Shown: one piece after another, positions 51,226-64,000 of the stretch
Numbering within the stretch: position 1 is the stretch's first letter
Layout of the letters: every line of letters begins with the position of its first letter
DNA from: the human T2T-CHM13v2.0 reference genome, Homo sapiens
Direction: 5' to 3' (one strand)
NCBI RefSeq assembly: GCF_009914755.1
Contig: NC_060926.1
DNA: 64,000 bases
Program-made: the position numbers and the translations under genes
The notes under the pieces: generated by a model
Databases searched by the model: none
What the model was told of the DNA's origin: nothing
What the model saw: the letters and a program-made list of their open reading frames with translations, nothing else

Positions 51226-53411
51226 GGGCAAGTCTTTCCTGTGTTTGTCCCATGATAGGGAATAAGTCTCTTGAGATCTGATGGTTTTATGAAGAGGAGT
51301 TCTGCACAAGCTCTCTCTCTTTGCCTTTTGCCATCCACGTAAGTTGTGTCTTGCTACTTTTTGCCTTCTGCCATGGCCGTGAGGCCTCCCCAGCCATATG
51401 GAAGTGTAACTTAATTAAACCTCTTTTTTTTGGTAAATTGCCCAGTCTCGGATATGTCTTTATTAGAAGCATGAAAATGGGCAAATACAGTCAATTGGCA
51501 CCAGGAGAGTGGGGCGCTATTGAAAAGATACCCAAAAATGTGGAAATGACTTTGGAGCTGGGTAACAGGCAGAGGTTGGAACAGTTTGGAGGGCTCAGAA
51601 GAAGACAGGAAAATGTGGGAAAGTTTGAAACTCCCTAAAGAGTTGTTAAATGGCTTTGACCAAAATGCTGATAATGATATGGACAATGAAATCCAGGCTG
51701 AGGTGGTCTCAGATGAAGATGAGGAACTTGTTGGGAGCTGGAGCAAAGGTTATTCTTGTTATGTTTTAGCAAAGAGATTGGTGACATTTTGCTCCTGCCC
51801 TACAGATTGGTGGAACTTTGAATTTGAGAGAGATGATTTAGGGTATCTGGTGGGAGAAAGTTCTAAGCAGCAAAGCATTCAAGAAATGACTCAGGTGCTT
51901 TTAAAGGCATTCAGTTACATAAGATAAGCAGAGCATAAATGTCCAGACAATTTGCAGCCTGCCAATGTGATAGAAAAGGAAATCCCATTTCTGAGGAGAA
52001 ATTCAGGCCAGCAGCAGAAATTTAAAAAAGTAATGAGGAGCCCAATGTTGTTAATCCTCAAGACAATGGGGAAAATGTCTCCAGGGCATGTCAGAGGTCT
52101 TCATGGCTGCCCCTCCCATCACAGGCCCAGAGGCCTGGGAGGAAAAAGTGGTTTTGTGATCCAGGCCCAGGGCCTTCATGCTGTGTGCAGACTAAGGACT
52201 TGTTGGCCTGTGTCCCAGCTCTTCCAGCCATGGCCAAAAGGGGCCAATGTAGAGCTCAGGCTGTGGCTTCAGAGGCCCCAAGCCTTGGCAGCTTCCACGT
52301 GGTATTGAGCCTGCAGGTGCACAGAAGTCAAGAATTGGGGTTGGGAAACCTTCGCCTAGATTTCAGAGGATGTATGGAAACACCTGGATGCCCAGGCAAG
52401 AAGTTTGCTGCAGGGGTGGGGTGCCATGGAGCACTGCTAGGGCAGTGCCGAAGGGAAATGTGGGGTTGGAGCCACCACACTGAGCCCCTACTGGGGCACT
52501 GCTTAGTGGAGCTGTGAGAAGAGGGGCACTGTCCTCCAGATCCCAGAATGGTAGATCCACTGACAACTTACACCGTTCACCTGGAAAAGCCACAGATGCT
52601 CAACGCCAGCCCTTGCAAGCAGCCAGGAGGGAGGCTGTACTCTGCAAACCTACAGGGACAGAGTTAGTCAAGTCCACAGAAACTCACTTCTTGAATCAGT
52701 GCGACCTGGATATGAGACATGGAGTCAAAGGAGACCATTTTGGAACTTTAGGTTTAACTGCCCTCCTGGATTTCAGACTTGTCTGGGGTCTGTAGTCCCT
52801 TTGTTTTGGCCAATTTCTCCCATTTGGAACAGCTGTATTAACCCAATGCCTGTACCCACAATTGGGCCTAGGAAGTAACTATCATTCTTTTGGTCTTACA
52901 GGCTCATAGGTTGAAGGGTCTTACCTTGTCTCAGATAAGACTTTGGACTGTGAACTTTTGAGTTAATGTTGAGATGAGTTGAGACTATGGGGGACTGCTG
53001 GAAAGGCATGATTGGTTTTGAAATGTGAGGACATGATATTTGTGAGGGGCCAGGGGCAGAGTGATATGGTTTGGCTGTGTCCCCAACCAAATCCCATCTT
53101 GAATTCTCACAGGTTGTGGGAGGTACCCGGTGGTTGGTAATTGAATCAGGAGGGCAGGTCTTCTCTATGCTGTTCTTATGATAGTGAGTAAGTCTCATGA
53201 GATCTGATGGTTTTATAAAGAGGAGTTCCCCTGCACAAGCTCTCTCTCTTTGCCTGCCACCATCCACGTTAAGATGTGACTTGCTCCTCCTTCTGCCATG
53301 GTTGAGAGGCCCCCCCAGCTTATGGAATCGTAAGTCCATTAAACCTCTTTTTTTGTAAATTTCCCAGTCTCAGGTATGTCTGTTTCAGCAGGGTGAAAAC
53401 AGACTAATACA
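51226..53411 (+). mobile_element. THE1 (THE1A-like) MaLR element: truncated 5' LTR 51226-51489, internal region, 3' LTR 53062-53411
   Basis: 3' LTR TGATATGGTTTGGCTGTGTCCCC...GACTAATACA; polypurine tract before 53062; MaLR internal ORF remnant (EGSEEDRKMWESL). Confidence 0.9.
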
Positions 53412-53882
53412 GGATTCAGACAGATTTAGAATTTTAATGGCTTCTTGATGGATTTACCAATTTATAATTATAAAATGTCCATTTTATCTCTTGCGTTAAA
53501 GTCATGACCTAGTTTCTGTTGCTCAGTTTTACATGATATGTACTTTTCATCCTTTCATTTTCAAAGCCATTCTATATTCTTACTATAGTGTGTATTTAAT
53601 GATTAACATACATCTTTGATTTTAATCCTGTCTGATAATTTTATGATTTACTTGGAAAAATTTGTTTATTTACGATGCAATTATTGTAAAGTTAGGGTTA
53701 AACCTACCGTCTTGTTTCCTCTGATTTTCTTGATTCATGCTTTCATTTGAATTAGTTTAATTATAGATTTTTTCTTATATTAACTTGCTAAATATGCAAG
53801 ATTATTATACAGAAGATATCCTCAACTTATTAATGCCTAATACACATATAGTGTATTAAAATTTCTCTCTCAAATTATTTCT

Positions 53883-54131
53883 AGGTAAGTGACACAAGCA
53901 GAATCAACCTTCGGAAGATCATCTATTTCCTGCTGGGTTGACCTGGAATGTGTGATATGACCTAAGGTAACCTTTGAGTCACCACACAGACCTAGAGCTC
54001 TGTGTGATGCAGCACTTCCTCAGGAGCTTGCAGTGGCATCAGGGCCCAGCCTTGAATGCCAGGCAGGGGTCTCTCGACTCTGTGATTCTTCCCAGGAAAT
54101 ACATAAGAACTTGCATCTGGGTTCATATCTC
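53883..54131 (-). pseudogene. Degenerate V-kappa relic downstream of IGKV2-14
   Basis: ACCCAG(TQ)...CCTGGG(PG)...GCCTGG(AW, TGG at 54061)...AAGCTCCTG(KLL)...GCTGCATCACACAGAGCT(AASHRA)...TTCTGC(FC, TGC at 53900); W-to-C spacing 161 nt vs 159 expected. Confidence 0.5.
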
Positions 54132-55006
54132 AAACGCAACCCACCAGTCTCTCACGTACTGACCTCTGCTCCAAGTCTTCAGATGGTTATTTTTCATGGG
54201 GTAAAAATATGGCTTACATATTATCTTGTAATTCTGTTTAAGATGGCATACTTATGTTCCTTTATTCTTTCAAACTTGGTCCTTATTGTTGAAACCCAGC
54301 TTTGGAGTTCAGAAAACTACTTTTTACTTCAACATGCTGTGGTTGAGACTGTGGAAAGACTTTTGGCACTAGGTCTTTATTTTTGCATACATTTGCAGCA
54401 ACATATCTAGTAACTTAAAAATCTAGACCGTGAAGAGTTATATTTTGGTACTCCCTGAAAAAAGTAGGAAAAAATACAGTGCCTGCTGGTGTCCTGGTCA
54501 GGGGTCTGCCTTCGGAAAAGTGGTGGGGGGAGGTGGAGGAGGGGAGGGAAACTGTTTTAATATTACCAAACCTTATCAACATACATATACTCTAGTAACT
54601 GCTAAACCAAATCAAAAGAATGTATTAGTTTTGCGTTGCCAGTAATCAGTCTCAATTAGGTGCCTGTTACGCAGAACGAATTTACTTGATGAATGAATGT
54701 AGGGAAGGAAGAGAGGCTTAGAATGAGCTTTCATTGAGCTTTCTCTTCTCTCGTGTCTCATTGCTCAAAGGGGAGGTGTACCTCCTCCTTTTTGCAGACT
54801 CTGTCATGCAAAGGCCGCTGCAGCTGATGGGAACTTAAAATGTGGTGCCTGAGGTGTAGCTGAGAAATTTATGGTCATGAGCCCTCAGCTGTACCAAGTC
54901 CTCTGAGTTCTCCAACATCTTGGTCTTTAGGCATCTAAGAGAATCCACAGTGCCTGCTCTCCACAGAAACAACACATCTGGGCAGCTAGGCCACAGCAAG
55001 CAGGGA

Positions 55007-55034
55007 GGTTTGTGTTCAGGACTGTACCATTGTG
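55007..55034 (-). other. 12-RSS of IGKV2-14
   Basis: CACAATG (55034-55028), 12 nt, ACACAAACC (55015-55007). Confidence 0.9.
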
Positions 55035-55800
55035 GGAGAATAATGTGTACTTTGCTGGCAGCAATAAACCCCAACATCCTCAGCATCCATCCTCCTTATT
55101 TTAAACATGAAATCTGTCCCCGACCCACTGCCACTGAACCTGTCTGGGACTCCAGGGTCCCTGTTGGAAACCAAATCAATCAGGAGCCGTGGAGGCTGGC
55201 CTGGCTTCTGTAGGTCCCAATTCAAATAGGTGTATCCATTACTGTGAAAGGGGCTATGACTGGATCTACAGGAGATAGAGGCTGGCTTTCCAGGGGTGAC
55301 GGGCAGGGAGAGTAGAGGCTGGGTCACACAGCATCTCCATTGGATCCTGAAATAATAAGAGAGAAGTGCAAGGTTATGTACAAACATTGTGAGCCATTTT
55401 AATAATTTTCTGTCTGTTATTTATGTTTTGCTCAATTATTTTTTGTGTATGATTTTGGTTAATACTCCCAAAACATACAGGTTTAAAAAGAACCAAGATT
55501 TGCAAAGCACAAATAAGCCTCTAGAAGTCACCTATCCCATCCCCCTCTTTCTGTGTCACAGCTTTCACTAAAGTACATGTCCTTGCTCCTTCTGGAATCT
55601 TCCTCACTCTCACAGATCTAGACATCACATGCCCCATCCTGGAGGACAAGACACATCTAACACGAGGACAGAACACACATGGGAGGTGGCAGGGCCCACA
55701 GAGTTCACCCTCCCACCCCATCATCCTCCCTCATTTCCCTTCTGCTCTCAGCAGGGACCCAGTGCATTAGCAGCCCTGGGAGCTGAGCAGGGAGCCTCAC
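55035..55800 (-). pseudogene. IGKV2-14: IGKV2-14 pseudogene: L-part1 55800-55752, L-part2 + V exon 55346-55035
   Basis: Vk2-type sequence ([18 protein letters not shown]...[15 protein letters not shown]); start codon GTG instead of ATG, donor CT instead of GT (55751-55750), 1-nt deletion in FR1 (GATGCTGTG-TGACCCAG); lies between IGKV1-13 and IGKV3-15. Confidence 0.9.
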
Positions 55801-55855
55801 TGTGGGAAGGTGAACTGAGGAGTCCTGATCAGTCAAGGCAAGGTTAGAGCTGAGC

Positions 55856-55907
55856 TTTTATCTCAGACTCACAAGGGAAGGTCTTCCCTAGGGGACAGTA
55901 TGCAAAT
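55856..55907 (-). promoter_or_regulatory. IGKV2-14 promoter remnant
   Basis: Octamer ATTTGCAT 55907-55900; GATAAAA 55862-55856. Confidence 0.75.
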
Positions 55908-56974
55908 CCCCTGGTGGGTGCAGTGGGGTGGAAAGAGCCAAGGAGAAGGTGGGGACCTCTCTTGTGAGCAAAATGACATAAATATATTTTATGTTTTTAA
56001 GGATATCAAGAGAGGTAAAATCTGTTTCCTGAGTGGCAGAAGGGACATATTTAGATGTTTCCTGCTATTTCCTCTACCCAATTTCTAGTTCGTTAGGACT
56101 TTCTCAGGCATGTTTTACACTTCTCTTTAATAAGGTTGAGCTTTCATAAATATTTGGTGATTCTTATTTCTTGGTTCAGGCTTATTTAAAAGAGCCTAGG
56201 TTTGTTTTATTTTATTTTATTTAAGGAAAAACACACAGTGCAAAAGGTTCAAATCTTAAGGGTGCAAATGAATGTCAAAATCCAGATCATTTCATGTCAT
56301 GATCCACATCAAAATATGGAAGGTTTCCAATTCTCTTGCTGCTTTCATTATGCACCTTCCCAGTCAGCAACTGCTGCTCAAAACACAATCAATGTAACTG
56401 ATACTGTGACATCTATTATAATTGTTTTTTTTTCCTGTACTTAATCTTCATATCAGGTAAACATTTTTTGTAGCTTCTTTCTTATTTCTTTCATTTTTTG
56501 AGGGCTTGATTCCTTCTTATCAATTTGAATTGCTGTCTGCTCTCATTCCCTGTTATTCTGAAGGATTTTCTCTTGAATTTTCCACAAGGCACATATGCTA
56601 TAATGAATTAGTCTTTGTGTATGAAGGAACATTTCTACCTTGCTTTTATGTTTAAATGATTGTTTTGCTGGATATAGCATTTGTGGCTGACTTTTCTCCC
56701 CCAGCATTTAAATATATCATTCCACTCTCATCCCACCTCTATTAGTAATGATGAAAATTTAGCCAATACCTTTATTATTGCTTCCTAGTATAGAGTAAGT
56801 CAGTATTTTAGTGATGCCTTCCAAATTCTCTGTGTCTTTGTCTTTCAACATTGGTACTATAATGTGTATTGTTATGAATTGTATTGTGCTTATCCTAGAA
56901 GGGTTTCACTGAGTTACTTTCATGTACAGACTAATGTGTTTCATCATTGTGAAAAATGTTTTTCATTATTTCTC

Positions 56975-57401
56975 CATTTTTTTCTTTTTCAGTTTTTATT
57001 TTAGAATCAAACCATACATGTACAGATATGTTACAAAGTTATTTTGCATGATGCTGAGGTTTGGGGTATGACAGAAATTATTAACCAGTTAGTGAACATT
57101 GTACCCATAGGTAGTTTTTCAGCCCCTGCCCTTTCTCCCTTTGTGTTCCTTCTAGCACAATGTCTATTGTGCCCATCAACCAGGGATTCAATAAAGAAAC
57201 TGTGGTATATATGCACCATGGAATACTATGCAGCCATAAATAAGAACAAAATCTTGCCCTTGCAGAAACTTGGATGCAGCTGGAGGCCATTTTCCTAAGT
57301 GAACAGATGCAGAAACAAAAAACCAAAAACCACATGTTCTCACTTATAAGTGGGAGCTAAACATGGGGTATTCATGGGCATAAAGATGGGAACACATTTT
57401 T
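56975..57401 (-). mobile_element. Short 5'-inverted L1 (L1PB-like), nested in an older L1M
   Basis: Minus-strand 3' UTR 56982-57170 joined to a plus-strand upstream segment 57170-57394; flanking CATTTTT repeat. Confidence 0.75.
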
Positions 57402-60400
57402 AGCCTCTTTCTGTCTTCTCCTTTGTGATTCCTAATACAAATTTGTTGGTATTATACACATGGACCTATAATGTCTGAGGTTTTATTCATTCTTCTTTAT
57501 AATTTTTTCCTTCTTTATATGAGACCATTTCTATTGACTTGTTTTTCAGTTCACTGATTCTTGTGTCATCTTAAATTGCTATTGAGTCTATCTAATACAT
57601 TTTTCAATTGAGTTGTTGTACTTTTCATTTCTAGATTTCCCAGTATGCTTGTTTTCATAGTTTTGTCTCTGTTTGAGAGCCTCTATTGGTTGAATCATTG
57701 TCTTTACAAATTCCTTTTTCAGTCTTTTATTATAGGTTAAAATAATTCTTTGAACATATATTTGATAAGGGTGGAGCACATAGACACCATGGAGATGGAC
57801 CATAAGGCAGGGAGCTCCGAATTAGATTAGGTGAATTTTGAGTCTCTGACTATATGATGCTCTTGTGGGTTTTAATTATTTCCCATGTTTTATGTTTCTC
57901 ATATTACAAATAGCTTTTATTTTTAAGATAGTAACTATTATAGAAATTCAGCTTATAAATCCCTGGAAATTTCTAACAGAAAGATTGATGAAAAGAGGGT
58001 TTTTTTAGGCCCCCACACCAGCCTCTGCCTGGGACCTGACTTTGTCTCTGAGCCAGTGGAATCTGTGATGAGGTTTTGAGTTGGGCAGTGAAATCACCAC
58101 AGGGCAGGCTGTGCTCTGGGTGCTTTGGATGACAGGAGGACACTCCTTCAGGGTCAGTGATGCTGGGAGTTCAAAGGGAGACTCAGCATGGAGCTGCCTG
58201 TGAGTTATCCCAGCAATCCTGTTTGGACAGTGATCATCTCACAAGTGTGCTCGGAAGCCACTGGATGGCCAAAATGTGGGCTCAGGTTGGAGAAGGACAA
58301 AGCTATAGGGATGAAAATATAAGACTCATTTGATACTCTGAAATATCAGTACAACCATCATGAATTATATGGGAAGAGAAAGGAGTCACAAGATTGTGAT
58401 TTTTTATTTGATATTAAAATATGTCACCTCTGCTCATTTTTCCCTCAAGGATGTACCTACTGATATACATTTAACCAAAGTCACTGTTTTTAATTTTCAT
58501 TTTAGTAACTGACAGCCTATGTGCAGAGTTCCTAAATAACGAAGCCAGACCATCATTGCTATGGGTGAAGCCAGGAAGTGACTGTGGATGTGAACAAATG
58601 TGAGATTCATGTACACGTCTCCAAAGACAGAGGCCACTGATCTGGGGAGAACCTGCAGTCATTTCACTTTCCCATACCCAGATGAGAGGACACCTTGATC
58701 TGTGTTCATCTGATGAACTCTAAAATCTGGACCATATTCTGAAGGTGTAGTTCACACTTCTTTTCTGTGCTAGTGGGACTCTCTCACTGACGTGTATTGT
58801 ACCCTCTGCATAGGACAGTCTGTGATACATACTACTTGTTTTCTGCTAAACACCCATCAATCATGTCATTTATGAGTCTTCCATAGGTGTTACCTAACCT
58901 ATGGCTATGGGGTCTTCCAAAAGAATGGGCCGGAGGTGGAGCTGTGAAACTGTAGCTGGATAAAAAGTGTAAATGTCAAGAAAGGGTATTGAAGTGGTGA
59001 TAATAATAATAATAATCCAAATTAGTCTGGGCTCTTGGCTGTGATTACTGGTAAATGTGAAAGAGTCTAGGTTTGGTTTTTATTAGTTTTATTTCAACTG
59101 ATAAAGTAGCCAGAGTAAAGTGCATAAATCTTGAATGTTCAACTGAATACAGTTTTTGTGTAATTCATTGTCCAAATGGAATGATAGAATATTTCACATT
59201 CCCTTGTGCTTCCCTCATGGACAATCTTTGTCAGTTATCACCCCTCCCACCCAGCAAAATTAACTGTCTTTCTGACATCTATACAATCATTTAGGTTTTC
59301 CTGTCTTAAACTTTATATAAATAGCATTAAGTGTATTTTTATCTTTTTAGACTTGGTATTGCTCCTTACAACTTTTGAGGCCTTCATTTCTTTCAGAGGA
59401 TTCAAGGTCCTGTCTTATGTCATTTCCTGTGATTCTGAAGGATTTTCTCTCAAATGTCTTGTAAGAGACATAGCTGCTATGAATGAATGTATTTTGTTTA
59501 TCAAATAATTTTTTTGCTTTTTCTTTAGATTTGAAGGGTATTTTCGATGGATATAGATTTCCTGGTTGCCTTTTTTTTTCCTTTCAGCATTTAAATATGA
59601 CATTTCACTCCTTCTAGCCTCTATTGGTCCTGATGAAAACTCAGCCAATGGCTATGTTGTTGTTTTTCTGTATATAGTATCTGCTTTCATTCTTGATGCA
59701 ATGAAGATTTTCTCTTTGTCTTTCAATATTTTAATATAATGTGTTCAGTTATTAATTCCTATTGATTATCTAAAAGATTTTTATTGAATTTTTTCATCTA
59801 AGAATTTTTTATTACTTTTGAAAAGTTTTTGTCATTATTTCTCCAAAGATTTCTTCAGCCACTTTCTCTTTCTCTCCTCCTTTGTGACTCTTATTATACA
59901 TTTGTTGGTATTCTTCACTCTGAGCTATAAATCTCTGAAGTCTTCTTTTTTTTCTAAACTTTTTCTTTAGACTCAATAATTTCTATACCTCTATTTTCAA
60001 GTTAACTGATTGTTCTGCCATCTCAATTTGCTATTAGACCTAGCTAACAAATATTTAAATTGGTTTATTGTACTTTTCATTTCTAGAGTTCCAATTTGGT
60101 CATTTTTTATATTTTCCATGTCTTTTCTTGAGCCCCTACTTGCCGAATCTTCTTTTTTTTTTTAAATATTTTCTTTTTTATGTCAATGATCATAGATTTA
60201 AACATAATTATTTGAACATCTGCATATTAACTGCTTTGTAGTCTTTGCTAAATCCAATAATTGGGACAAGTTAGAATTAGCTTTCATTGACTATTTTCTG
60301 TTGTTATTATTGTAGCTGCTTTATTTTTATTCCTTTAATATTGTTCATACTTCTCTGCTTTTTTCCAGAAGTTGTGAAACTAAAAATTGTACATTTTTGA

Positions 60401-62162
60401 TAGCATATTATAGTAGCTGTCTTTAGATTTTGGGCTTTTTTATTTTAATTTTAACTTTTTTAGAAATAGGGTCTTACTTTTTCACCCAGGCTGGAGTGTG
60501 GTGCTGTGACCATAGCTTGCTGCAGCCTCAACCTCTTGGGGTCCAGAGGTTCTGCAGCTTCATCCTCCTGAGTAGCTGGGACTATAAGGGCATGCCACCA
60601 CTCTCTGTTATTTTTTTTTTTAATTGTAAGATAAGAGTGTCACTATTTTGCCCACCCAGCCTGGTCTCGAACTCCTGGCATCAAGTAATCCTTCTGCATC
60701 AGCCTCCCAAAGTACTGGGATTACAAGCTTGAGCCACCATGTCAGGCCTGGAATTTGTTTTGTTTTTCTGATCATTTTTTAATTTTCTTCTTAGTTTCTT
60801 GTCTGAACTTACTGATAGTACCTGACTTATGACAGTTGGAGTTATAATGTTTTGACTTTCAGATGGTGTGAATGTGATATGCATTCAAGTAGAAATAGAA
60901 ATTCTAGTATTTACACAACTATTCTATTTTCTCTTTCAATATAGTATTCAATAAATTACATGAGGTATTCAACACTTTATTGTAAGATAAGCTTTGTGTA
61001 AGATAATGTTGACCAACAGTAAGCTAATGTAAGTGTTCTGAGCATATTTAGGATAGGATAGGCTGAGGCATAATGTTAAGTGGATTAGATGTATTAAATG
61101 TATTTTCAATGCAAGATATAGAAAAATCTGTATCTCATGTGGCGTTTGACCACAGATATCTCTGCTTCTTTCTGTTCTTAATATTAATATTTAGTTTGAT
61201 TTTATAGGAACTACACATGTATCTGCATAGCGAAGTGGTCACCAATGATCTGAGACATTTTGCTCAAATATCTGGAGGTTATAAATCTATCTTCTGTCAA
61301 CCCATCTGTGTGTAGTTTAAAAAGCAAACTGCATGCAAAATGCAGCTAGTTCTTACCTCCCTCTGGTTTTACTTTGCACCGGAAACTCCTAGTTCTCATC
61401 ACTCATATCTATAACTTCTAGGTCACTAGGAATATGTGCAGAGATTATTTCAGCAATGTGGGTCTATCTTATCCAGGAATCTGCTATTTACTATCAGCAG
61501 ATGTACTACTTGCCTCAAACAAGGCATCATCTTGGACTAGCAAGGCTGTGGGCTTTTTCTGTTCATTTCCTATGGTGTTCTCCCTGTTTAGCTGGAAACA
61601 CTGAAGAATTATTTCCCACTCCTTGGCTTCACTCAAGTCCACCCACTTTGGCAGCAAGCTGCCAGTTTTATTTGCTATCCTTACATGGGTAAAACTCCAG
61701 TTCTGCAATTCATATTGACTGAGCTGGGAATAGAAGGGTGCTGTCACAGGCAAAAGGCTACAGACATTTTCTGTCCTTACTCAAAGCACTAGTACTTTTT
61801 TTTTCTATAAAGAATATGCATCCTTAATTATTTTATGCTTTGCCAATTTTCAGAGTGCTGAAATAGTTTTGATATTTCAACTTTATATTTATAGGTGTGT
61901 TTGTTGTTTATTCTTGCACAGATTTATTAAACTCTTTGTGATGCCATAAACAGAGATGCCTTCTGAAATGCGTTTAAATGAATGTAATAGCCACACTGAA
62001 ATGGTATGATGTAATGGACTAGCATAAGTAATTTTGGACTTGAGAACTTGAGCTCCAAAATGGCCAAATAGAGCAGAGATGCTAAAACTGAGTGGCCACC
62101 ACACTAGCTGTCTGTAAAGGAAGCAGCTGGTATAATCTAGTAAACACTGATGGTCTTCTTGA

Positions 62163-62190
62163 GGTTTTTGTTTCATGTTGAATCACTGTG
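62163..62190 (-). other. 12-RSS of IGKV3-15
   Basis: CACAGTG (62190-62184), 12 nt, ACAAAAACC (62171-62163). Confidence 0.97.
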
Positions 62191-62706
62191 GGAGGCCAGT
62201 TATTATACTGCTGACAGTAATAAACTGCAAAATCTTCAGACTGCAGGCTGCTGATGGTGAGAGTGAACTCTGTCCCAGACCCACTGCCACTGAACCTGGC
62301 TGGGATACCAGTGGCCCTGGTGGATGCACCATAGATGAGGAGCCTGGGAGCCTGGCCAGGTTTCTGCTGGTACCAGGCTAAGTTGCTGCTAACACTCTGA
62401 CTGGCCCTGCAGGAGAGGGTGGCTCTTTCCCCTGGAGACACAGACAGGGTGGCTGGAGACTGCGTCATCACTATTTCTCCAGTGGTATCTGAAATTGGAA
62501 ATAAAACAGAAATGCACTCATGTAATCAAAATCAAACCCACTGTCTTTAAGTAGAGCCAAAATTGTTGATCTACATTGAATTTTAATTATATTTCTTGCT
62601 GAGCAGAGGTGGCAGGAGTTTTCACTGATGTGCAAAACCACCTCATATTCCCCTCACCTGGGAGCCAGAGTAGCAGGAGGAAGAGAAGCTGCGCTGGGGC
62701 TTCCAT
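62191..62706 (-). CDS. IGKV3-15: Immunoglobulin kappa variable gene segment IGKV3-15 (intact): L-part1 62706-62658, intron 62657-62489, L-part2 + V exon 62488-62191
   Basis: [95 protein letters not shown]; leader [16 protein letters not shown]; GT/AG intron. Confidence 0.96.
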
Positions 62707-62759
62707 GGTTCCGTCTGGGTCCTAACTGAGCAGTTCCTCCCCAGAGCTCTGACCCAGGC

Positions 62760-62840
62760 ATTGATATGGGCTCTGGAAGGTAGGGCAGCTGGGAGGGACA
62801 TGCAAAGCAGCTGGGGTGGGAGCTGAGCTTTCAGCTGCAA
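62760..62840 (-). promoter_or_regulatory. IGKV3-15 promoter
   Basis: Variant octamer CTTTGCAT 62807-62800; same layout as the IGKV3-11 promoter. Confidence 0.75.
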
Positions 62841-64000
62841 AGACCACCTGCTTCTTCCTCTCTGCACTGAGCATCCTGCGCCGCCCTGGTTGTCAGGCCA
62901 GAAAAGTCTGTTGGCTCAGTCTGAGTGTAGAACTCCTCCCTTGTGCTCAGAGAATTTCGCTCCTGTGTCTTTCTTCTCCTCAATCACCTAAATCCACCCA
63001 GAAGATGTTTGGCACAAGCCTGTTAAGAACAATATAAAAAGCTGTGTTTTCACTTCTCTCTTCCTATCCTCAATATGCCCAGTCATCTCCCTAAGTGCAT
63101 TATTGGATCGATGGAAATGAAGAGTCTGTTAAAACTTAATCTTCCAGATACACCTTTCATTTGCTTGTTAGTAATGTTTTCTGAGGGTCCTGAAGCTTTC
63201 CATTAACCCAGCCACATACCCTCTTTGAGTTAAAAAGTGAAAAACTTCTGTTTACAGTCACATGTCCTGGCAGCCCTGACATAGATGCTCCATGGCTTGC
63301 CGATTGCTTGAAATTGATCAAGTAACTTAACTTCCCTGTGTCTCGGTTTCCATATCTGTGTAACTGTGACAATACTGGTACCTACCTTATAGTGCTGTAG
63401 ACAGTTTAAAGAAAATAAGATAAAACATTTACAATAGTATTCAGGACATTATGTATGCGGCAATTAATTTTGTTTTTATTTATTAAATATTCAGCACTAC
63501 AGTCATCATCATTATCATAAATATACTTACTTAGCACAGAAAAGAGTCTTCAGTCTAATCCAAGAATGTTTTATCCACAGCCAAATTTAATTCTAAGGCT
63601 TTTCCTTCACTAACTCTACACAACTCTTTAAATCCTAATGATTTGGTCTTAATCTGTGCTAAAGTACTCACACCTTCAATCATTCCCACCCATCCCTGTC
63701 TAACTCATTAATTCTCATCATCCATTATCAAAATGTTACTCTATAAAAGGTTCCCATGTCCTGTTGCTGTCCTTCTTTCTTACACAATCTTTATTCTACC
63801 CTGTTATCTTTTGTCTTATTCTTGCCCCAGGACAATAAGGAAAAGCTACCATCATTACCTGTTGACTTGCTCCAGTATAATTTTTTCAGGCTTGTTACCT
63901 TGGAAATGAGGACTATGTCTGGCAAAGAAACATATTCATCGGGTCAATGTGTTATGAAATAAAATATTTTATCTACTTATGATCCAATAATTAATTTAGA

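Larger units (their letters stand above)
58061..64000 (+). repeat. Segmental duplication copy B (IGKV3-15 block)
   Basis: Starts ATCTGTGATGAGGTTTTGAG (cf. position 1) and ends TTAATTTAGA (cf. 5997). Confidence 0.95.

Noticed and set aside
54946-54971. Plus-strand CACAGTG...ACAGAAACA near the IGKV2-14 RSS
   Set aside because: 10-nt spacer and no adjacent V-like sequence; unlikely to function
58030-58135. Minus-strand TQSTA...C..QNL..HW pattern (also positions 1-70)
   Set aside because: Too many gaps needed and no FR3 or RSS support

Overview
Human (primate) immunoglobulin kappa locus, V-gene cluster; the alleles seen match the proximal IGK cluster on 2p11.2. Five recognised V genes lie on the minus strand: IGKV3-11, IGKV1-12, IGKV1-13 (Trp35 stop allele with a CATAGTG heptamer), IGKV2-14 (pseudogene) and IGKV3-15, each with leader exon, intron, V exon, 12-bp-spacer RSS and octamer promoter. 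The intergenic DNA holds a 5'-deleted, env-containing HERV-H provirus with a nested LTR2-family solo LTR, two paralogous ERVL-type proviral remnants, a THE1 element, Alus, L1s, DNA-transposon MITEs and a ~2.8-kb SATR1-like satellite. Three internal duplications are visible: 1-6 kb vs 58-64 kb, 15.7-21 kb vs 21.5-27 kb, and 10-14 kb vs 42-48 kb. The most notable hidden layer is a set of decayed V-kappa relics missed by the ORF track. The best one is a full-length V exon on the PLUS strand (18591-18871), head-to-head with IGKV1-12, with a perfect RSS heptamer; it has a truncated twin next to IGKV1-13. Other highlights are an ETS-IRF composite site in the nested LTR, a strong CTCF motif present in only one duplicate, and several readable rearrangement junctions. 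Most short ORFs in the track are spurious. Repeat family names and alleles are from recall, not database searches.
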